Source: a virus
Strand: one strand, 5' to 3'
Virus record (IMG/VR): IMGVR_UViG_3300020183_004379
Location: 19,409-83,408 of that record
DNA length: 64,000 bases
Below the pieces are notes generated by a model. That model made no database searches. It worked only from the letters and a program-made list of their open reading frames with translations, and was not told where the DNA came from. Below are positions 58,598 through 64,000 of this stretch, in pieces; within the stretch, counting starts at the first letter, position 1, and each line of letters starts with the position of its first letter. The translations under genes were made by a program, and so were the position numbers.

Positions 58598-60523
58598 TTA
58601 CTTTCCGTCTTTGACTTCAGCGAATTGTGCATCTACCACAGTTTCATCATTGCCGGCTTTCTTGGCTTTGACTTCTTCGGCATCAGCTGTTTGTTTTTCT
58701 ACTTCGGCCTGGCCTGCCAGATCAAACAAAGGCATGGCCTTGGGCACAAATGCTTGTAACGCTTCGGTAATTTTATCTGGATCAGTTTCTGTTTTCAACA
58801 GTTCTTTGAGATCATGCAAGCCAGTTTTGATTGCTTCGCGTTGTTCATCTTGCAGTTTATCGCCGTGCTCTTTGAGATTCTTTTCCACACCCCAGATTTG
58901 ATGCTCGGCAGCATTCTTGGTTTCTGCAAGTTCTTTGGCCTTGGCATCTGTTTCTGCATTTGCTTCGGCATCCGCAATCATCTTCTGTATTTCTTCTTCA
59001 CTCAAGCCTGAGTTGGCCTTGATTGTGATGTTGTTTTGCTTGCCTGTGTTTTTGTCCTTGGCACTTACCTTGAGAATACCATTGGCATCAATATCAAACG
59101 CCACTTCAATTTGTGGTGTACCGCGTGGTGCCGGTGGAATACCTTCTAGGTTAAACTCGCCAAGTAGCTTGTTATGCTGTGCCATTTCGCGTTCACCTTG
59201 GTATACCTTGATGGTAACAGCTGGTTGATTGTCGTCTGCAGTTGAGAACACTTGTGTCTGTTTGGTTGGAATAGTTGTATTCTTGGTAACTACCTTGGCC
59301 ATGATTCCACCTTGTGTTTCAATGCCCAGTGACAGTGGTGTGACATCTAGTAGCAGAACATCCTTCTTGTCTCCCGCCAACACAGCACCTTGAATGGCAG
59401 CACCTGCGGCAACTGCTTCGTCTGGATTCACATCTTTTCTTGGTGCCTTGCTAAAGAAACTTTCTACATAGCCTTGCACCATGGGCATGCGAGTTTGACC
59501 GCCCACAAGGATGATGTCGTCGATGTCGGCAGTAGTAAGTCCTGCATCCTTGAGGGCAGTACGACACGGCTCAATACTGCGCTCCACTAGATCTGTCACA
59601 AGACTTTCAAGTTTGCTACGACTTAGTTTAATAGCCATATGTTTTGGACCACTGGCGTCGGCAGTGATATATGGCAAATTAATCTCAGTTTGCGCACTTG
59701 ACGAAAGTTCAATTTTTGCCTTCTCAGCTGCATCCTTGAGTCGTTGTAGTGCCAAAGTATCCTTGGTAAGGTCTGTGCCTGACTCACGCTTGAATTCGTC
59801 GACCAGAAAGTCCATAATGCGTTGATCAAAGTCTTCGCCGCCTAAAAATGTATCACCATTGGTGGCAAGCACTTCAAACTGTTTGTCACCATCAATGTTG
59901 GCAATTTCGATGATTGAAATATCAAAGGTACCACCGCCTAGGTCGTACACAGCAATCTTGGCGTCTTTCTTTGTGGCCTTGTCCATGCCATAGGCCAAAG
60001 CAGCCGCAGTGGGCTCATTTATAATGCGCTTGACATCTAGGCCTGCAATCTTACCTGCATCCTTGGTTGCTTGACGCTGGCTGTCATTAAAGTAGGCCGG
60101 CACCGTGATAACAGCTTCTGTGACTTCGTGACCAAGATAGGCTTCTGCTGTTTGCTTCATCTTGCGCAGGACTTCAGCAGAAATTTGCGGTGGTGCTAGA
60201 TCTTCGTTGTTCGCATTGATCCATGCATCGCCATTCTTGGCTTCAACAATTTTGAAAGGCATCATATCGATGTCTTTTTGCACAGCCTCTTCTTTGAATT
60301 TACGACCAATCAGGCGCTTCGCAGCGTAGATGGTGTTTTTTGAATTTGTTACTGCCTGGCGCTTGGCACTGGCTCCTACCAGCACTTCATCGTTGGCATA
60401 GGCAACAATGCTAGGCGTAGTACGAGCGCCTTCTGAGTTTTCGATTACTTTGGGTTTGTCGCCTTCCATTACAGCGACGCATGAGTTGGTGGTACCTAGG
60501 TCGATACCTATGATTTTGGCCAT
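58598..60523 (-). CDS. dnaK: Hsp70 chaperone DnaK
   Basis: [40 protein letters not shown]. Confidence 0.98.
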   Translation of the reverse strand: MAKIIGIDLGTTNSCVAVMEGDKPKVIENSEGARTTPSIVAYANDEVLVGASAKRQAVTNSKNTIYAAKRLIGRKFKEEAVQKDIDMMPFKIVEAKNGDAWINANNEDLAPPQISAEVLRKMKQTAEAYLGHEVTEAVITVPAYFNDSQRQATKDAGKIAGLDVKRIINEPTAAALAYGMDKATKKDAKIAVYDLGGGTFDISIIEIANIDGDKQFEVLATNGDTFLGGEDFDQRIMDFLVDEFKRESGTDLTKDTLALQRLKDAAEKAKIELSSSAQTEINLPYITADASGPKHMAIKLSRSKLESLVTDLVERSIEPCRTALKDAGLTTADIDDIILVGGQTRMPMVQGYVESFFSKAPRKDVNPDEAVAAGAAIQGAVLAGDKKDVLLLDVTPLSLGIETQGGIMAKVVTKNTTIPTKQTQVFSTADDNQPAVTIKVYQGEREMAQHNKLLGEFNLEGIPPAPRGTPQIEVAFDIDANGILKVSAKDKNTGKQNNITIKANSGLSEEEIQKMIADAEANAETDAKAKELAETKNAAEHQIWGVEKNLKEHGDKLQDEQREAIKTGLHDLKELLKTETDPDKITEALQAFVPKAMPLFDLAGQAEVEKQTADAEEVKAKKAGNDETVVDAQFAEVKDGK

Positions 60524-60546
60524 TTTTTATCTCCTTAAACAAATGG

Positions 60547-60588
60547 TTTTTCATGCAGGCCCGGTGGGCACCTGCATGAAAATATTTA
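60547..60588 (-). promoter_or_regulatory. late promoter plus long 5' hairpin of dnaK leader
   Basis: TAAATA at 60583-60588, then UUUUCAUGCAGG...CCUGCAUGAAAA stem. Confidence 0.65.
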
Positions 60589-60618
60589 TGCCAATTGTAC
60601 TGGAGATTTAGAAAACAA

Positions 60619-60900
60619 TCAAGTTAATTTGATTGTATTTGTGCGTTCTGGGTGTTCTTGTATCCAGCGTATGACCTTGGCCTCGCTGCCCCAGCAGGGC
60701 TCAGGAGCACACATATATACCCAGTTCACAATGTCTTTAAGTGCTCTAGAATTAGATGCATCAGCACGAGAAACAGCACCCATAAGATCATTACTGAGCA
60801 CCGCATGCAAGAAACCACCAACTGGAATACCGCGTTCAATGTATTCAGTCAGCGAAATCTGGGTGTGTTTGGGCACATTGTAATTTGAAAAATTAAGCAT
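60619..60900 (-). CDS. phage hypothetical protein
   Basis: GGFLHAVLSNDL..A..RAD..N...CWGS. Confidence 0.7.
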   Translation of the reverse strand: MLNFSNYNVPKHTQISLTEYIERGIPVGGFLHAVLSNDLMGAVSRADASNSRALKDIVNWVYMCAPEPCWGSEAKVIRWIQEHPERTNTIKLT

Positions 60901-61279
60901 TGATAGCCTCTTTGTTCACAGTCCAACGATACATGGGTTCAACTTCTTGCAAAAATGTTTTGGTTACATCCATACTCACAAAGTCTGTGCCCTGCATACC
61001 TTGCTCGCTGTAGCTGATATCATCAATTGCCACAGGACTAAAGCCCAGCGTTTTCATCAGCGCACGGAACTCTTCGATCCAGCGTTTGTCAGTATAGATC
61101 AACCCGTCAGTGTCGCAGTCCCAGCCGTGATTAAAATATGCACGAAGCTCGCCCCATGTGCCTTCATCGTTGCAATAGGCCAGTTCCACACGGACCACTC
61201 TTACTGTTCGTTGTTTTGTGCTCCACAGACCATCACCTTGGGTGTGGATTTGCCAATTTACTTGTTTACTGAATTGCAT
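60893..61279 (-). CDS. phage hypothetical protein
   Basis: GLIYTD, YSEQGMQG. Confidence 0.7.
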   Translation of the reverse strand: MQFSKQVNWQIHTQGDGLWSTKQRTVRVVRVELAYCNDEGTWGELRAYFNHGWDCDTDGLIYTDKRWIEEFRALMKTLGFSPVAIDDISYSEQGMQGTDFVSMDVTKTFLQEVEPMYRWTVNKEAINA

Positions 61280-61280
61280 T

Positions 61281-61955
61281 TCATATTGCCTTTACATAAT
61301 TAAGGCTAGTTACCTTTGCACCATTTCGATACTGGTCCTGTTGTACTTTTTTGATCTTGCCCTGTATGCGTCCGTCCTTGGCCAACTGTTCGTGTTGGGT
61401 TAGAAATCCCACGCAATTACCGGCACCGTCGTGACCGAACACGCTCAAACAATTATACTGCTGGAGGAACCTTTTGTCAACTAGCACAAAGTCCACAGTG
61501 ATTTTTTCACCCACACGGCCTAGATATGCGCTGGTACCAGCAAGGGCAGCCACTTCGATCTGCTTGTTTTCTCTCTGAATCTGTCCTTGGAAGGTTTTGG
61601 GCAGGAATGCCATGAGCCCGCAATCGCGTTCGGTGGCAGTCTCCTGCTTGATCAGCTCGATCAAGGAATGCACAAAATCGCTCAGGCGCTGACCTTTCAG
61701 CACCCGTAGCACAGCATCGCCTTGCACTGCCGCAATGGCCTCATCAGCTTGCTCGTAGTCCTGGTCAGTAGGACGCATCTCAAGCCCAAAATTTTCGCGC
61801 ATGATATCCTTGTTGGCATGCACTTCCCGCCAGTCCTGCGACTCGGGATCAAACACACGGCTGTCGCGATGCAAGGTACCATTCATGCGCTGGGCCATGA
61901 AAGCCAGCGCGGCTAGATCACGGGTGGCTATAGTGCGAATCTCACGTTTGGGCAT
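61281..61955 (-). CDS. hypothetical protein with C-terminal OB-fold-like domain
   Basis: YLGRVGEKITV...T.LNYVK. Confidence 0.65.
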   Translation of the reverse strand: MPKREIRTIATRDLAALAFMAQRMNGTLHRDSRVFDPESQDWREVHANKDIMRENFGLEMRPTDQDYEQADEAIAAVQGDAVLRVLKGQRLSDFVHSLIELIKQETATERDCGLMAFLPKTFQGQIQRENKQIEVAALAGTSAYLGRVGEKITVDFVLVDKRFLQQYNCLSVFGHDGAGNCVGFLTQHEQLAKDGRIQGKIKKVQQDQYRNGAKVTSLNYVKAI

Positions 61956-61956
61956 G

Positions 61957-62220
61957 TCAGGCGCTCCAGTAGGTTTCTGAACTAGGTGAACAATAGTAAG
62001 GCGTGTCGTAACGCTCTTGGAACTCCTGTCCGCTCAGCAGGTTCCGGCGGGTCACAAAGGTCTCGTGGATCTCATATCGTTCGCCCCGGCTAGGACGGAT
62101 GCTGTGCTTGACTGTATGTTCCAGCATGGAAAGGTTGTCGGTATTGTAGTCTGTCTTGCTTACCAGGCGCTCGCCCGACTTTTTACGACGGTCTGCTTTG
62201 TAGATTTCGACGGTATACAT
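61957..62220 (-). CDS. early hypothetical protein
   Basis: TPYYCSPSSETYWS; GGAG SD. Confidence 0.7.
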   Translation of the reverse strand: MYTVEIYKADRRKKSGERLVSKTDYNTDNLSMLEHTVKHSIRPSRGERYEIHETFVTRRNLLSGQEFQERYDTPYYCSPSSETYWSA

Positions 62221-62501
62221 TATTTGTTCTCCATGATATAAGTGAACAGCACGAACTTGGCACGATTCAGCAGTTGACGCTGATCTTCCATGATATTGGC
62301 CAGTGTGTCAGAATCGTACGGGCCGTAGGCTACCATTTCCTGCGCATCGCTCATCATGCTGGCAGCGACCATAGCAGGACCGCTGAGCTTGAATGTGATG
62401 CTGGATTCTACCGCTTCGCGCATCTGCGCTTCGGTACATCCGTACATGCGCACTTGGCGCTTTTCTTTGTCAGTGAGTGTTTCGTAGATTGCTGTGGCCA
62501 T
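62220..62501 (-). CDS. early hypothetical protein
   Basis: AGGAG SD within repeat. Confidence 0.7.
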   Translation of the reverse strand: MATAIYETLTDKEKRQVRMYGCTEAQMREAVESSITFKLSGPAMVAASMMSDAQEMVAYGPYDSDTLANIMEDQRQLLNRAKFVLFTYIMENK

Positions 62502-62749
62502 TATCTGCTCCTTGTTGTTTACTGTAAAAGCATTAAATCAGGGTGTCGTCGTACCAGCCAGTGCCGCTGTTTTTGCCGTCATAGTCAAAAGTGCCAGCCA
62601 GCAATTTTTCCCCACTGTCGCCGTACACATAGCCCCTAAAATTTCCGTCCTCGTATTCTTCCACGTCAAACGTGTCTGCTTCAAACAAGCAAAAAAAGTC
62701 TACGTCGTTGCTGTAGTGCTGTTCCATTATCTGCTCCTTGTTGTTTACT
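62498..62749. repeat. 26-bp direct repeat of RBS+start (62498-62523 and 62724-62749)
   Basis: ccattatctgctccttgttgtttact twice. Confidence 0.9.
62533..62727 (-). CDS. small acidic early protein
   Basis: First gene after promoter at 62758-62786. Confidence 0.65.
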   Translation of the reverse strand: MEQHYSNDVDFFCLFEADTFDVEEYEDGNFRGYVYGDSGEKLLAGTFDYDGKNSGTGWYDDTLI

Positions 62750-62757
62750 ATTCCATT

Positions 62758-62826
62758 AGTATAGCAAAAGAGCCCAATACGGTCAACCGTTTTTACAGCA
62801 GATTTAGGTGCTATAAGTCATTGATT
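62758..62826 (-). promoter_or_regulatory. early promoter with upstream IHF-consensus site
   Basis: TTGACC-17-TATACT; AATCAATGACTTA (WATCAANNNNTTR) at 62814-62826. Confidence 0.7.
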
Positions 62827-62874
62827 TTTAAGGAGTTTTTGGCTTGAAATACTTGCAAAAATGCTAATTTTTGC

Positions 62875-63114
62875 CTATTTTTTCAGCAGACCGCTGTTGT
62901 GTAGGGCGGACAAGTAGTTGGTTTGGGCACGAAGTTTGCTTTCTAATCTGCGTACCTGATCCTGCAATTGTGCAATTTGATGCGACACTGTTTCATTGTT
63001 GCTTTTGATGCCGCGTATTTCTTTATCATGCGAAAACAAATTTGGGCGTGGTATGTTTGGATCCACTGCCCGTTTTTTCTTTTGGCGCATGCTTTTGAGA
63101 AACTTTGGGTTCAT
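62875..63114 (-). CDS. small coiled-coil protein (late)
   Basis: TAAATA at 63121-63126. Confidence 0.6.
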   Translation of the reverse strand: MNPKFLKSMRQKKKRAVDPNIPRPNLFSHDKEIRGIKSNNETVSHQIAQLQDQVRRLESKLRAQTNYLSALHNSGLLKK

Positions 63115-63431
63115 AGTAAATATTTATCGTTGGGCGCACTAGGAATCTTTACAGCCACGGTGTCTGTTTCTTCCAGGAATTCAATTTGGCACAGATCTCC
63201 TGGTTCGAACATAAAAATATCTCCGGCTGCATATATTTCGCCGTTGACCAACATGCGACCACGAGTGACCAGCTGTATTTCATGCACTATTTTGTGATAG
63301 TGGCTGATACTATGACCACGAGCATTGGTTTGCCAATTTACTTCAAAATCTCGGGTGCGCCAGACAGCTTCGGGAAAGTCGCCTATAAACCAGCCCCTGG
63401 CGCCGGTTTCACTTAGCCGCCACTTCTTCAT
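63111..63431 (-). CDS. cupin-fold protein
   Basis: GWFIGDF, HYHK..HE...GDIF. Confidence 0.7.
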   Translation of the reverse strand: MKKWRLSETGARGWFIGDFPEAVWRTRDFEVNWQTNARGHSISHYHKIVHEIQLVTRGRMLVNGEIYAAGDIFMFEPGDLCQIEFLEETDTVAVKIPSAPNDKYLL

Positions 63432-63813
63432 ATTCTGCTTCCACGCTGGTTGGGTCTGAGGGTATAGCGGTTATTTCTTCTTCAATTTCTTTGGCCAACT
63501 TATCAAGATAATCAGGATGCAGTTGCCCCATCACAGGAATAAGGTACTTGTTATAGTTATTAAAGTAATAACGGAACAGCTCGTCAAAACTACGATCGGT
63601 TTGGAATGTATTGCGATTGATTGCCAATTGACTTAGGTCCAAGATAACATTAGCAGAACTTGCATCACGATTTTTAAGACCTTTGGTAATTTCTACTTTT
63701 TCATCATAGCGAATATTGGCTGGGTCATCCTTCCACCCCTTTCTACTGGTGTTAACATGATCCTTGGGTTTCATGATATAAGTCGCTACTAGATAAATGG
63801 ATTTTTGTTTCAT
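63409..63813 (-). CDS. phage hypothetical protein
   Basis: AGGAG SD. Confidence 0.7.
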   Translation of the reverse strand: MKQKSIYLVATYIMKPKDHVNTSRKGWKDDPANIRYDEKVEITKGLKNRDASSANVILDLSQLAINRNTFQTDRSFDELFRYYFNNYNKYLIPVMGQLHPDYLDKLAKEIEEEITAIPSDPTSVEAEYEEVAAK

Positions 63814-64000
63814 TAAGAACTCCTTTGATATTTGGTCATGATTCTTTGATAGGTTTCCAAATCTTGTGCTTTAGGGGCGCACAGTCCACACCAGCAACTG
63901 TGTTTTTTGCACTGTATAATAGGCAGGCTATTTTGCTCCAGCTGACTCTTTAATTTATTCAAAAGCTGTGCGCTGTCAGAAAGATTTCCAATTGGACCTA
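63813..64000 (-). CDS. C-terminal end of a Cys-rich protein, possibly radical SAM (partial)
   Basis: ...PIGNLSD...IIQCKKHSCWCGLCAPKA...stop TAA at 63813-63815. Confidence 0.5.
   Translation of the reverse strand, partial: GPIGNLSDSAQLLNKLKSQLEQNSLPIIQCKKHSCWCGLCAPKAQDLETYQRIMTKYQRSS

Noticed and set aside
60547-60582. CIRCE element upstream of dnaK
   Set aside because: The inverted repeat does not match TTAGCACTC-N9-GAGTGCTAA.
1-64000. Numerous plus-strand ORFs in the track (e.g. 587..1147, 14834..15436, 12631..13152)
   Set aside because: Antisense shadows of well-supported minus-strand genes; no motifs or SD.
1-64000. Stop-codon recoding as in some large phages
   Set aside because: Conserved genes are full length in the standard code, and TAA, TAG and TGA all serve as stops at tight gene junctions.
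1-64000. CRISPR array, tRNA or rRNA genes, integrase/transposase
   Set aside because: None recognised by eye; intergenic spaces are short. tRNAscan would be needed to fully exclude tRNAs.

Overview
64 kb segment of a large, T4-like (myovirus-type) dsDNA bacteriophage genome read in the standard genetic code. Genes are densely packed and almost all on the minus strand; only phoH and one radical SAM gene are on the plus strand. Phage evidence: an unsplit T4-type family B DNA polymerase, a sliding clamp, T4-type RNase H, thyA/dfr, phoH, many TAAATA late-promoter boxes, sigma70-type early promoters, and a GH19 endolysin/spanin/holin lysis region that implies a Gram-negative host (probably a proteobacterium; inferred from DnaK, AceA and an IHF-consensus site). 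The centrepiece is a ~15 kb 7-deazaguanine DNA-modification locus next to the replication genes: a TGT/DpdA-like transglycosylase, a DpdL-like T-fold protein (LxxxHRHxF), folE, queD and queE, with no queC/queF in the window. It is interleaved with a GT-B glycosyltransferase, two NDP-sugar epimerases, a nucleotidyltransferase, a purine PRTase, a HIT hydrolase, a cupin and an MBD4-like glycosylase, which suggests a possibly undescribed sugar-decorated deazaguanine base. queD and folE both carry compact pseudoknot-capable leaders that look like riboswitch candidates. Other notable content: auxiliary metabolic genes (isocitrate lyase, acyl-CoA desaturase, Dps), a DnaK/DnaJ/ClpA chaperone set, a MoxR-vWA pair, an amino-sugar pathway, and late proteins built like capsid-targeted polyproteins, one with a hidden internal signal peptide. 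All calls are by eye from motifs; no database searches were run.
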